DNA from: Candidatus Latescibacterota bacterium
GTDB lineage: Bacteria; Latescibacterota; UBA2968; GCA-2709665
Length of the DNA stretch: 64,000 nucleotides
Direction of reading: 5' to 3'
Assembly (NCBI GenBank): GCA_963667175.2
Contig: CAXXXF010000003.1
Span: 320,001 to 384,000, forward strand
Below the pieces are notes generated by a model. It had not been told where the DNA came from. It worked only from the letters and a program-made list of their open reading frames with translations, and did no database searches. The stretch's first letter is position 1. Every line of letters begins with the position of its first letter. Below are positions 28,734 to 39,014 of this stretch, one piece after another. The translations under genes and the position numbers were made by a program.

Positions 28734-29747
28734 CTATTGCTCCGCCATTTCCTTCAACCGGTTCAATTGTCCGTCGCTGCCCAGCGCGATGAGCACGTCT
28801 TCCTCTTGAATCGTGACGCCCGACAGCCCGGCCGAGGCTGCGGGATCGACCCGGGGTTTTCCGTCCGGTCCCTGGATGCCCACGACAATCGCCCCGGATT
28901 GCTGACCGATATCGGTCTCCTTCAGTTGCCTGCCCACCAGGGGCGACCCCCCGTCCACGTGAAACTGCTCCAGCCGCATCGCCGCATCGCCCTTGCCCAC
29001 GACCACGTCGAGAAAGTCCACGATTGACGGCCGCAGCAGTACCGACGCGATTCTCCGCCCCGCCAACTGGTAGGGCGACATCACCCGGTCGGCGCCTGCC
29101 GTCAAGAGCTTTCCGATCGTCCGCTCCTCCTCCGCCCGAGCGACGATCGTCAGATCGGGATTCGCCTGCCGTGCGGAAAGCACCACGAACACGTTCAGGG
29201 CATCCTCCCTCAGCACGGCAATCAAACCCTTTGCATTATGGATGCCGGCTTCCGCGAGAACCTCGTCGTCCTCCGCGTGGCCCTCAACGAACAGGACGGT
29301 TTCGTCCCGTCCCAATTCTGAACGTGCTGGATCCTTGTCCACGATTACGAAGGGCATGTCCGCCCGCTTCAGTTCCTGCGCCACCTCCTTGCCGACCAAT
29401 CCGCCGCCACAGATGATGTAGTGATCTTTCAGGTTTGAGACCAGACGTTTCATTCTGCGCCCCCGCATGGCGTGGATAATCTGACCTTCGAAATCGAAAC
29501 TGATAAACGTCGTCACCGAATACCCGACGGCGACAAAACTGAACATCAGAAACAGGATCGTGAATCGCTGACCCATCGGCGAAAGCGGATGTACTTCGCC
29601 ATAGCCGACGGTCGTAATCGTAATCACCGTCATGTACAGACCTTCCCAGAACTTCCATCCCTCAATCCACACGTAGCCCAGCGTGCCGCCCAGCACCAGT
29701 AATACAGGAACCATGAACGCGATCGCAAAACGAACGAGCGGCGGCAT
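28734..29747 (-). CDS. Potassium channel protein (2TM pore + TrkA-N/TrkA-C RCK)
   Basis: TTVGYG selectivity filter, ICGGGLVG, AGADRVMSP. Confidence 0.93.
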   Translation of the reverse strand: MPPLVRFAIAFMVPVLLVLGGTLGYVWIEGWKFWEGLYMTVITITTVGYGEVHPLSPMGQRFTILFLMFSFVAVGYSVTTFISFDFEGQIIHAMRGRRMKRLVSNLKDHYIICGGGLVGKEVAQELKRADMPFVIVDKDPARSELGRDETVLFVEGHAEDDEVLAEAGIHNAKGLIAVLREDALNVFVVLSARQANPDLTIVARAEEERTIGKLLTAGADRVMSPYQLAGRRIASVLLRPSIVDFLDVVVGKGDAAMRLEQFHVDGGSPLVGRQLKETDIGQQSGAIVVGIQGPDGKPRVDPAASAGLSGVTIQEEDVLIALGSDGQLNRLKEMAEQ

Positions 29748-29906
29748 CTTGCAACTCCGGAAAAAAACCATCAACCGGAAGACGGTGACGAGGAGCACGA
29801 TAGTGGTTCGTACAGCACGACGGACACCTCAGGCGGTGTATACGAAGCGAACCGGTTTGTCCTGCAAGAACGAGGGGACGGGCTCAGGGGGCAACTACGG
29901 AGTCTC

Positions 29907-30992
29907 TCACTGTCCGGCGTCGGCGTTTGCGACCAGGACCGGATCGCTGAGACCGTAGGCGTTGTTCCGGACTCGCGTCCGTCCGTCGGACCGCACCGAC
30001 AGTTCGTCCGGTCGCTGGTAAAGCCAGTTATGGTGGACGTCCACGCCTTCTTCAGGAACGCCGCGCACCACGACGGCCGTCTGCGGGCAGCGGAACGTGT
30101 TGTGATGCACCCTCATCCACGTACCGGCGACGTCGGTTCCGTCTTTCCGGTCCCTTCCGCCGTGCATGTCGAAACAATGGCTCAGCGACTCGCCGATTTC
30201 CACGTTGTGCCGCGCTTCGTACCCGCTGCCGGATCTGCCGGAACCCGCCAGCGAGTGCCGGTTGTAGTCGAACCGGTTGTGCTCGATCAGCGAGAATGCC
30301 TCGTCGTGGCTCACCCCGTATCCCAGGCCGTTGTATTGATTGTGATGGATGAAATTGTGGTGGACGTGATGCCCGTCACCGGCCTTGAGATAGACCGCGG
30401 CGTGACTCCAGCCCGCCAGTTCGCAATTGTCCACTTCCAGGCGCGGGAATTCCGCGTTGATTCCGTCGGAAGTCGGGAACCTGTAATAATACTCGTGCCC
30501 CCTGCCTTCCCGAAAGGAGCGGTTATGGTGCTCCAGGCACCGCTTGGGGTTGGGGCCCTTGATGCGCAGACCCGTGACACGTACGTCCGGGCCCATCACC
30601 CGGATCAGGGGTCTGGTATCGAACGTATCGCTCAGGATCATGCCGCCCTGCGATCCGTCCACGCCCCGGTCGCCGGCCAGCGTGACCCCCTCGGGAATCT
30701 CCAGGACGAGGGACTCGATGTACACCCGCTCGGTGCAGTCGATTTCCGCCTCGCCATCCACCCCGATCACGTCGCCGGCCTTCGCCTGCGCCAGGGCGTC
30801 CAGCAGGTCGTCCAGCGTTGACACCGGATCGGGTAGCGGCGATATCGCGTTTGCATACCCCTCGCCCCCGCCGATAGGGCCGCGCTCATCCGCCCGTGCG
30901 CCGCAGGATTCTCCTGCAATTTCGGTCCAGGTCTGTCCCAACGGTTCCATTTCGCTACCGAACATCGCCAGCCTCCTTTTCCGTGCGGTCAT
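29907..30992 (-). CDS. Right-handed parallel beta-helix repeat protein
   Basis: Repeated HHNFIHHN, EHNRFDYNRHS, HHNTF; GLRIKGP. Confidence 0.8.
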   Translation of the reverse strand: MTARKRRLAMFGSEMEPLGQTWTEIAGESCGARADERGPIGGGEGYANAISPLPDPVSTLDDLLDALAQAKAGDVIGVDGEAEIDCTERVYIESLVLEIPEGVTLAGDRGVDGSQGGMILSDTFDTRPLIRVMGPDVRVTGLRIKGPNPKRCLEHHNRSFREGRGHEYYYRFPTSDGINAEFPRLEVDNCELAGWSHAAVYLKAGDGHHVHHNFIHHNQYNGLGYGVSHDEAFSLIEHNRFDYNRHSLAGSGRSGSGYEARHNVEIGESLSHCFDMHGGRDRKDGTDVAGTWMRVHHNTFRCPQTAVVVRGVPEEGVDVHHNWLYQRPDELSVRSDGRTRVRNNAYGLSDPVLVANADAGQ

Positions 30993-31951
30993 TCATTCAC
31001 GGCAACCACGTATCCCTTCCTGTTATCGACCACGTTCAACAGCGGCTCGCCGTCCCGGAACCGCCGCACGTTTTCCGCGATCAGTCCGATCCGCCGATCC
31101 TCGATCCGGTCTGAATGCGCCGCGACGTGCGGCGTGATCATCACATTCTCCATCCCCCACAGCGGGTGCCCTTCCGCCAGCGGCTCCTCTTCGAAAACGT
31201 CCAGTCCCGCTCCTGCCAGTTCGCCATTCATGAGCGCCCGCGTCAGCGCGGCGAGGTCCACCACCTTTCCCCGCCCGATGTTGATGAAGATCGCGCTCGG
31301 TTTCATCGCCCGCAGCGCCGCAGCATCGATCATCCGGTCGGTCTCGCCGGTATGCGGCGCGCTCAGCACGAAGAAATCCACCTCTCCCAGCATCGCGTGC
31401 AATTCGTCCACGCCGTAAGTCTGTTCTACGAATTCCGGTCGTCCCTTTGGGGCCGGATCCAGGGCGAGTACGCGCATGCCGAACGCGTGTCCCCGTTCGG
31501 CAACCGCCAGCCCGATGCCGCCCAGACCCAGCACGCCGAGGGTCGTGCCCGCCACGTGGATGACCGGTACGTGCTTCCTCTCCCAGCGACCTTCCAGCTG
31601 ACTCCGGAAATATTCCGGAATACCCCGGGCCAGGGAAAGCAGCAGCGCAAACACGTGCTCCGCAATGACGTCGCTATAGATCCCGCGCAGGTTGGTGACG
31701 GTCACGTCGCTTTCATGTAGTTCCGGGAAATAATACCCGTCGAGGCCCGCGCTCGTCGCCTGAATCCACCGCAGCCTTGTTCCCGCGGCCAGCAGTGCCG
31801 GCGTCATCCGCCCGTAAAATGCGTCCGCGTCGCCGATCAGTTCCAGCGCCGCCGCCTCGGACTCCGCTTCATGCGTCTCCACGCCGATTTCGCGGATTCG
31901 CCCCATCCAATCCGGACTGAGCGCCGGCCAGAATACCATTTTTACCGCCAT
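30989..31951 (-). CDS. D-2-hydroxyacid dehydrogenase
   Basis: GLGGIG, NIGRG, LDVFEEEPL, ITPHVA. Confidence 0.93.
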   Translation of the reverse strand: MAVKMVFWPALSPDWMGRIREIGVETHEAESEAAALELIGDADAFYGRMTPALLAAGTRLRWIQATSAGLDGYYFPELHESDVTVTNLRGIYSDVIAEHVFALLLSLARGIPEYFRSQLEGRWERKHVPVIHVAGTTLGVLGLGGIGLAVAERGHAFGMRVLALDPAPKGRPEFVEQTYGVDELHAMLGEVDFFVLSAPHTGETDRMIDAAALRAMKPSAIFINIGRGKVVDLAALTRALMNGELAGAGLDVFEEEPLAEGHPLWGMENVMITPHVAAHSDRIEDRRIGLIAENVRRFRDGEPLLNVVDNRKGYVVAVNE

Positions 31952-31952
31952 T

Positions 31953-32825
31953 TCAGAGCTCCTCCACCGGGATGAACGCACCCCTGTCGTCGATCATGAT
32001 ACGTGCCCAATTCTGCTCCGGGTCGTGCGGCCACGCGACCAGCCAGCCCTCTCCAGCCGCCTGTGTCAGCACCTGTTGCCGGACTTCGAACGTCGTCCTC
32101 GGATACAGGTCGAACGCCATGATGTAAACCGGGTGCACGTGATGCCTCGTGGGGACCAGGTCTCCAATGAAACAGACCGTCTCGCCGCCGCCCTGTATCA
32201 AGACGGACTGATGTGCCCTCGTGTGTCCGGGAGTCAGGACCGCGCGCACGCCGGGACAAATTTCCGCATCGCCGTCCAGAAACGCGAGAACGCCCGCTCG
32301 TTCAAGCGGAACCAGGTCCGTCGCGGCGTGGTAGCCCCTCACCGTCTGCCGGTCCGCGCCCAGGGCGTCTTCCCACTCCTTCCGCTGTACCGTGTACCGG
32401 GCGTTTGGAAACGCGGGTTCAAATCCGCTGTCTGTGCGAACCGTCGTCCCGCCCGCGTGGTCCATGTGCAGGTGGGTGAGCACCACGCGGTCCACCGCCT
32501 CGGACGCCACGCCCTCTTCGGCCAGCGCCTCGATCACGCCGCGGGAGGGGTCGGCGCCGTATATGGCCCTGTATTTCGGCGACAGCTTCGCGGCGCCGAT
32601 GCCGGTTTCCACCAGCACCGTGTCCGTGGGGGTTTCCACCAGCAGGCAGGTCAGGCCGAGTTGAATCCGGTTCCGCTCGTCGGGCGGTATCTTCTTTTCC
32701 CATATCGACCGGGGAACCACGCCGAACATCGTGCCCCCGTCGAGACTGAACCGCCCGGCGTCCAGCGCCGTCACACGGATATCTCCAATGATCCGCGATT
32801 CACCCTTTCGACTGAAATTGCTCAC
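31953..32825 (-). CDS. MBL-fold metallo-hydrolase (YtnP-like)
   Basis: LDGGTMFGVVP, THLHMDHAGG, PGHT..HQ, GDL, HDP. Confidence 0.93.
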   Translation of the reverse strand: MSNFSRKGESRIIGDIRVTALDAGRFSLDGGTMFGVVPRSIWEKKIPPDERNRIQLGLTCLLVETPTDTVLVETGIGAAKLSPKYRAIYGADPSRGVIEALAEEGVASEAVDRVVLTHLHMDHAGGTTVRTDSGFEPAFPNARYTVQRKEWEDALGADRQTVRGYHAATDLVPLERAGVLAFLDGDAEICPGVRAVLTPGHTRAHQSVLIQGGGETVCFIGDLVPTRHHVHPVYIMAFDLYPRTTFEVRQQVLTQAAGEGWLVAWPHDPEQNWARIMIDDRGAFIPVEEL

Positions 32826-33236
32826 CCGATTCCAACTGTGAATGGACTGCGTAGGGATTGAGGGCTGTCGGCGATCCCCGACTCAAGGCCGCGGGTTCGA
32901 ACGCTGTCATAATGCAGGTATCAACGACGGAAAGTCAAGGGCAAAAGACCGGAGGTACGGTCATTGGGCGATCAAAGCGTATCCACCGGATCTATGCGCA
33001 GGTTGATGATGACGGCCGCTCGTTCGCGATGTGACCGCGATTCATGTGCGACAATGGTGCCGATTTCGCCAATACCCCTTATTCCCGCCAGATATCACGA
33101 ATTCACGCGCAAAGGCCGATTTGGAGGGGTATTTTTTTAGGATTCGGCTTGAGCTGTCACTATTATGGTAGGAGCCAGAGTCGACGCGGGAATGTTGAAG
33201 CGCGAACCCAAGCCTCTTCTTAAGAGCGGGAAACCT

Positions 33237-34541
33237 ATGATTGGAACGGAAGAACTACTTGTCCGGAAAGTTCTGTCGGGCGATAGGGACGCATTTGAAC
33301 CGCTCGTTGAGCAGCACAAAGGCACGGTTTACGCTCTGGTGGTGGGAAAGACGGGCGACTTCGTTTCGGCGGAAGACATCGTCCAGGAGACCTTCGTTGA
33401 GGCATTTCGGCAATTGAAATCCTTGAAGGACCCGGCGAAGTTTCGCGCGTGGGTCCGGGGTATCGCGATGAATCTTTCCAATGAGTGGATTCGGAAACGC
33501 AAGCGGAACGTACCGATTGATGATCTGGACGATTCGAAAGAAGCGGCCTTTCAAAGCGAAGTTCTGTCGGAGTCTTTCGTTCGATTGCCTGCGGCGCCGG
33601 ACAGCGACTTCGAAAAGGAAGAGATGCGGAACTACGTGCTTCAAGCCGTCGAACGACTTTCCGAGAAGTATCGTGAAGTCGTGCTCCTGCACTATATGGA
33701 GGGCCTGAAGTACAGGGAAATCGCCGAGATGCTGGACGTCCCGGAAAGCACAGTGCTCGGCAGGCTCCAGGTGGGTCGCGATCAGCTGCGGGAAGAGTTG
33801 CTGCCGATTGTCGAGGAGACATTGAAGGAGCAGCAACCGACGTCTGAACTGACAAGGAAGGTAATGGCTGCGCTGCCGCCGATGCTCCTGTTGACACCGG
33901 ATTCGATATGGGCGAGTGCAAAGCGTTTCTTTGGCCGAAGTCCATACTGGCGAACCGGAGGTATCCTTACGGCGGCTGTTGTGGGAACGGGGATCTACTA
34001 TTCCGGTTTCGTCGCCATTGTCCAGTGGGAAAACGAAACGAGAACCGATTCGCAGCCAGGGGCGACCGCCGCACCGATGGCGATCGAGATTGAAGAAGGC
34101 GACGTGTCCAACCCGGTCAAACGCCCCAAACAGGCGGAAGTAGCCCTTCAGCAAAGCGCAAAGAAGGGAAACGCAAATGGGCAGACCGAGAGGGTCGACA
34201 CCACGAGATCCACGCAGCAACGCAAGGTTTCAACAGACAATCCCGCAAGGCCGACGCTGACACTGTCCCATTCGCCGGCGGATTCCGTGGTGACGATCAA
34301 TTACACCATTCCGGAGTCTGCATCGAGAGACTCCGTGCACGTGGGACTCAAAGTCTACAATATGTCTGGAATGCTGGCTGCATTACTTGTAGACGAGATC
34401 CAAAGCGTAGGAAGTCATACATTTCTACTCGAAAAACGACCACTGTCGGACGGCGTTTATTCTGCTAGTCTCACCTTGAACCGTTCTCGAGCGCCTGCCG
34501 CACAGAAGCGTTTCAGTCTTTTCTGGGCGGACAGACCTTAA
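33237..34541 (+). CDS. ECF sigma-70 factor fused to a TM helix and a C-terminal FlgD-Ig/secretion-tail-like domain
   Basis: AEDIVQETF, FRAWV (sigma2); LSEKYREVVLLHY..EIAEML..TVLGRL (sigma4); TM GGILTAAVVGTGIYYSGFVAIV; TINYTIP..LKVYNMSG..LSDGVY. Start could be 33165. Confidence 0.85.
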   Translation: MIGTEELLVRKVLSGDRDAFEPLVEQHKGTVYALVVGKTGDFVSAEDIVQETFVEAFRQLKSLKDPAKFRAWVRGIAMNLSNEWIRKRKRNVPIDDLDDSKEAAFQSEVLSESFVRLPAAPDSDFEKEEMRNYVLQAVERLSEKYREVVLLHYMEGLKYREIAEMLDVPESTVLGRLQVGRDQLREELLPIVEETLKEQQPTSELTRKVMAALPPMLLLTPDSIWASAKRFFGRSPYWRTGGILTAAVVGTGIYYSGFVAIVQWENETRTDSQPGATAAPMAIEIEEGDVSNPVKRPKQAEVALQQSAKKGNANGQTERVDTTRSTQQRKVSTDNPARPTLTLSHSPADSVVTINYTIPESASRDSVHVGLKVYNMSGMLAALLVDEIQSVGSHTFLLEKRPLSDGVYSASLTLNRSRAPAAQKRFSLFWADRP

Positions 34542-34553
34542 TGGGAGGCCCGA

Positions 34554-35879
34554 ATGTTGAAATCAATGGTAGAAATGAAGTGTCGACATAGTCAACTTAC
34601 GGAAATCACTGTTCTGATTCTGATTGCGATATTACTGAATTCGGTCGCTTATGCAGGCGCACCGACGTATTCCGCGGAGGAACAACGGCGCTTTTCACAG
34701 GCGACAATGAAGCTTGCAAGCGCAAAAGAAACAGAAGAGCACTGGGATGGGGTACTCGCCCTTGAAGCATTCCGCACAGAGTATCCGCGGACGAATTTGA
34801 AGGTGGATGTGCTGGAAAGGTTGTTTCTTCACTACAGCATGATTGTCGATGATCCTGGTTTCCTCCTTCGTCTGGCAGAGGAAGCTATTGCGTTACAGCC
34901 GAATCGAAACGGTTTATACAGACAGATAGTAACGACTTTTGTTGACAAGGAGATTTTCCCCAGTCAAACCCTCATATTTGCGCAAAAGTCACTGGCAATC
35001 GCGGAGAACATATATGCCAACGCAGGTGACAATTTCCAGCGAGGCATTATCCAAAGACAAGGACTGTTGAGCCAGGCTTTTCAGATGGCGAATCAGCCAG
35101 AGGAGGCATTGAAGGTAATCCGGCACAGCTTGCAGCAGGTGGAGTCACTGCCCGTGACTGCCTTCCCGGATCAGGCAACCCGCCAGAAAACCGAAGACGG
35201 GATTCGGCTTGATCTGCTGAGGCTCTACATCAAACAGCGCCTTTGGGATCATGCGTATGAATTGGCATGTGACCTTCTGAAGAGATCGGTGACCCGCGAA
35301 CCCGTCTACGAACTTTGGAGCAGAGCGTACGTAGGGAAATACGGTTCTGCAGACGGGATCATTTACGCTTACGCGGATCTGAAGGCCGAGATTGAAGAAA
35401 TGCGCAAAGCGCGGCTGGTTGAGAAACGCGTTAGGCGACCGGCGCCGATGTTTAAATTGAAGACCTTGACTGATGAATCAATGAGTTTAAAAGCGTTAAA
35501 AGGGAAGGTTGTGTTGATCAATTTCTGGGCCAGTTGGTGCGGTCCATGTCTTGAGGAATTGCCTCAACTCGAAGCTCTGACGCGTATATATAAACCGGAG
35601 TCGGTAGCGTTTCTGGCCGTCAATCTGGATACGCATGACGACGAGGAGAATCGGAAGGATCTGGTGTTGAGCACAAAGGCACGTTTGGCGCCCAGCATGA
35701 CCTACTTGATGGGCAATGATGAAGTGAGGCGTAATTTCGGTTTCGATAAAATACCGTACACGTGTATTGTAGATCGGGAAGGGTACATCCGTTACGAAAA
35801 AACCGGCCTCAGTAGCGATTTCAAAGCAACAATGGCAGATCAACTGTCATGGGTGATCGGCTTATCTGAAGCAGAATGA
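34554..35879 (+). CDS. Exported TPR-like + TlpA disulfide reductase protein
   Basis: Signal peptide, helical repeats, APMFKL..KGKVVLINFWASWCGPC..IPYTCIVDREG. Confidence 0.9.
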   Translation: MLKSMVEMKCRHSQLTEITVLILIAILLNSVAYAGAPTYSAEEQRRFSQATMKLASAKETEEHWDGVLALEAFRTEYPRTNLKVDVLERLFLHYSMIVDDPGFLLRLAEEAIALQPNRNGLYRQIVTTFVDKEIFPSQTLIFAQKSLAIAENIYANAGDNFQRGIIQRQGLLSQAFQMANQPEEALKVIRHSLQQVESLPVTAFPDQATRQKTEDGIRLDLLRLYIKQRLWDHAYELACDLLKRSVTREPVYELWSRAYVGKYGSADGIIYAYADLKAEIEEMRKARLVEKRVRRPAPMFKLKTLTDESMSLKALKGKVVLINFWASWCGPCLEELPQLEALTRIYKPESVAFLAVNLDTHDDEENRKDLVLSTKARLAPSMTYLMGNDEVRRNFGFDKIPYTCIVDREGYIRYEKTGLSSDFKATMADQLSWVIGLSEAE

Positions 35880-35944
35880 CGGAGGGATTTCAGGAGGAGA
35901 ATTATCGACGTGCTGGGAAGTACGGCGTAAAATATCAAATACCC

Positions 35945-35989
35945 AAACCAAACCCCTGGACAGAACGAGTTCAGGGGGTCTGGTTTTTT
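35945..35989 (+). terminator. Intrinsic terminator
   Basis: aaaccaaacccctg..cagggggtctggtttttt. Confidence 0.55.
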
Positions 35990-36457
35990 CTTTAAAAGTG
36001 GGTCGGTTAATCAACCAATAGATTACCCAATGTAAATTGGATATGTAGTCCCGCGATGAAATCCAAACCTCAAATCGTAACTTCCAAAGGGCTCCATTTT
36101 GCCGATCATGGTTGGCCTGATTAGGTGATTGTGCCGCTTTAAACAATGCTTCTCTTTTGCGTCTACTTCAGGTCACTGGACGTAAGCGGAAAAAAGGTCC
36201 TTCCAGACGACGTTTACACCCCGTTTCGGAAGGTTTCGTCTCAGTGCCGCGTTGTGGTTTTTTCACATCAAGGTAATCGGCGAAAAAGCTGATTGACCGT
36301 CCGAATCATTCGATTGAATGCAAATAACACCATCCTTTTATCCGTCAAACTCCCTTGAAACCAGTGGTATTTTTCTTTATACTGTAAACGGTACCAATCA
36401 CCACCCAACGCAGCTACTAATAAAAGAGCAATTCTAGGGAGAGAGAGGAGGTGAGCT

Positions 36458-36679
36458 ATGGGCACTAGTGTTCATATTGTGCCTGACAATGGCCAATGGT
36501 CGACCAAAGTGTCGGGAATTAGGGTCCCATTACAAACTCATAAGACACAGGCTTTGGCAATTAGGCATGGGAAACGAGTTGCGAAAAGTCTGAGTACAGA
36601 ATTAATCATCCACGGTAGAAATGGCCGAATAAGAGAACGCAATAGCTATGGTGGTGATCCTTATCCACCTATCGGATAA
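36458..36679 (+). CDS. DUF2188 domain protein
   Basis: VHIVP..W..K..TQALAI..GKRVAK..ELIIHGRNGRIRERNSYGGDPYPPIG; GAGGAGGTG RBS. Confidence 0.9.
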   Translation: MGTSVHIVPDNGQWSTKVSGIRVPLQTHKTQALAIRHGKRVAKSLSTELIIHGRNGRIRERNSYGGDPYPPIG

Positions 36680-36717
36680 ATAGTAGCTGCGTTGGGCATA
36701 TTTCAAGGACAGAACCA

Positions 36718-37221
36718 ATGTGCATGGCTACTACGTATTTTCAATCAGCTATTACTCAACAATCAATCAGTGCCTTTACAAGACAATTACGTGTACTCTT
36801 AAGAGAACGACCAAGGGAAATTCATATTTCCATATCTACAAGCGGGGGACTAACTAGCTGTAGTTTGGAACTTTATAATTTCATAAAGCAAAAACACCCC
36901 TGTCCTATTTTCACCCATAATGTCGGCAATATCGAATCTGCAGGGATCGTGATTTTTCTAGCCGGTGTCCACCGCTATGCTTCTCCCACTTCTCTTTTTA
37001 AGTTCCACGCCAACCAGTATTATTTCAATAATGAAGCATTTAACTCCAGTGAATTAATGCAATTGTGCGAAAATTTGGAAGATTATGATAATATGGTCAG
37101 AAAGCTCGTTTGTGAAAACACTAAACTTGATCAAGATACCGTAATGAAATACATGAATAAGGCAAGAGTAATAAGACCGCAAGAAGCACTGGAGAATGGA
37201 TTAATACACGAAATACGATAA
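36718..37221 (+). CDS. ClpP-like (S14-related) serine protease
   Basis: ISTSGG, THNVGNIESAG (Ser), FLAG..RY, FKFH (His), PQEALENGLIHEI. Confidence 0.85.
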   Translation: MCMATTYFQSAITQQSISAFTRQLRVLLRERPREIHISISTSGGLTSCSLELYNFIKQKHPCPIFTHNVGNIESAGIVIFLAGVHRYASPTSLFKFHANQYYFNNEAFNSSELMQLCENLEDYDNMVRKLVCENTKLDQDTVMKYMNKARVIRPQEALENGLIHEIR

Positions 37222-37337
37222 AGTTACAGCACACGATAAATATCAAAACCCTCCTTTCCCCTACGTGCCAATATAGAGTGAGACAACTCCCCCTTCGAGA
37301 TTAATGTCGTATCATGGGCGGAGAGGAGAACAAGAGA

Positions 37338-37804
37338 TGAGGTCAAGAACCGATGTTGTAGGCAACGGCAGCAAGGGGTCTCTGGTTGTGGAGGTCCCGC
37401 GCGGGACCTCCACAACCACGAGGCCGGATCCGGAGGTGCCGGCGCGTGCGAAGCGTCGCCGGTTCACGGCAAAGTACAAGCTTCGCATCCTGGAAGCGGC
37501 GGATGCGTGCCGTGCCCCTGGCGAAGTGGGCGCGCTGCTGCGCCGGGAGGGGTTGTATTCCTCGCAGTTGACGCAGTGGCGTCGTGCGCGTCGTGAGGGG
37601 TCGCTCAAGGCGCTGTCGAAGCTGCGGGGACCCAAGGGACATCGCCGCGACGAGGTGGCCGTCGAGAACCAGCACCTGCGCAAGGAGAACGCCCGTTTGC
37701 GTCGACGATTGGAACAGGCGAACACGATCCTCGAGATCCAAAAAAAAGCCTCCGAGATCCTGGGTGTCCCCCTGAACCGGCCAGCAGGCGACGACGACGT
37801 ATGA
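37338..37804 (+). CDS. IS3-family transposase OrfA (HTH + coiled coil)
   Basis: RRRFTAKYKLRIL..LLRREGLYSSQLTQWRR..LRKENARLRRRL..ILEIQKK. Confidence 0.88.
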
Positions 37805-38814
37805 TCCGTGCGGCAGAACAACTGGCCCCGAAGGTGGGCTTGGCTTCCGCGTGCCGGGCCCTGGGTGTGGCGCGGGCTTCGGTCTACCGTGCGCGTCAGC
37901 CAGCCCCACGCACGCCTCGTGGCGCGCGGTCCTCGTCGCCACGTGCGCTTTCCCAAAACGAGCGCGCCGCCGTGCTGGACATCCTGCACGACGACCGCTT
38001 CGCAGACCAGGCGCCACCGGCAGTCTACGCCGCGTTGCTGGAGGAAGGGCGGTATGTCTGCTCGATCCGGACCATGTACCGTCTGCTTCACGACGCAGGG
38101 GAAGTGCGCCAGCGGAGACACCAGCTCCGTCATCCACGTCTGGAACCGCCCCGCTTGATGGCGGATGCGCCCAACCAGGTCTGGACGTGGGATATCACGC
38201 GGCTGCCAGGACCACGCAAGTGGGTGACCTATCCCCTCTACGTTGTACTGGATCTGTTCTCACGCTATGTCGTGGCCTGGACGGTCGCCACAAGGGAGAG
38301 CGCCACATACGCCAAGCGCCTGATTGCCAACGCATGCCAGAAACAGGGCATTCAACCCGGACAACTGACGCTGCACCAGGACCGCGGCGCACCCATGACG
38401 GCCAAGACCTTTTCGCAGTTGCTGATGGACCTCGACATCCTGGCCAGCTACTCTCGACCCCGTGTGTCCGATGACAACCCGTATTCCGAAAGCCAATTCA
38501 AGACGCTCAAATACGCGCCTTCATACCCCGGGCGCTTCACCAACCCGCAAGAAGCACGCACCTATTTACAGGCCTTCTTTCCCTGGTACAACACACAACA
38601 CCGGCACAGCGGACTGGGCTTACTCACGCCCGATACCGTCCACCACGGGCTGACACAGCAGTTTCAAGCCGCCAGACAATCGGTGCTGGACCAGGCCTAT
38701 CACAACCACCCTGAACGATTTGTTAAGGGGCATCCTCGTCCACCACGCGTTCCAGACCAAGTCTGGATTAACCAACCACAGAACACCATCGAATGCCATC
38801 AGTTGCTTCACTAA
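37801..38814 (+). CDS. IS3-family transposase OrfB (rve DDE)
   Basis: PNQVWTWDIT, DLFSRYVVAW, HQDRG, DNPYSESQFKTLK, WYN..HRHS. Confidence 0.93.
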   Translation: MIRAAEQLAPKVGLASACRALGVARASVYRARQPAPRTPRGARSSSPRALSQNERAAVLDILHDDRFADQAPPAVYAALLEEGRYVCSIRTMYRLLHDAGEVRQRRHQLRHPRLEPPRLMADAPNQVWTWDITRLPGPRKWVTYPLYVVLDLFSRYVVAWTVATRESATYAKRLIANACQKQGIQPGQLTLHQDRGAPMTAKTFSQLLMDLDILASYSRPRVSDDNPYSESQFKTLKYAPSYPGRFTNPQEARTYLQAFFPWYNTQHRHSGLGLLTPDTVHHGLTQQFQAARQSVLDQAYHNHPERFVKGHPRPPRVPDQVWINQPQNTIECHQLLH

Positions 38815-39014
38815 ATTCCAACGGGAGGTGTCTCATTTCTATTGACACGTTCCGTTCCCTTCTCCCTCTGCGTTTTTTTATAGTAGTTTTTACATCCGTC
38901 CAACCTCTTGGGTGCCTGGTCCTGACCCGTTCAGAAGTGTGGACCGGCTATGCGGCTTGAATGAACGTGCGTCGCATTCCTCCATAATGCTCACGAATGA
39001 AAAGCGTCGTGCTA

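Larger units (their letters stand above)
37259..38854 (+). mobile_element. IS3-family insertion sequence
   Basis: Imperfect inverted ends acgtgccaatatagagtgagaca / tgtctcatttctattgacacgt; orfA + orfB; possible TTC duplication. Confidence 0.85.

Noticed and set aside
32860-32910. tRNA-like GGGTTCGAAC motif
   Set aside because: No acceptor stem, D-arm or anticodon arm can be folded around it
35895-35935. NYRRAGKYGVK resembling a Fis-type HTH terminus
   Set aside because: Too short to distinguish from chance
36718-37221. Housekeeping clpP or phage prohead protease
   Set aside because: Short, divergent and AT-rich, with no tig/clpX or portal/capsid neighbours; gene symbol withheld
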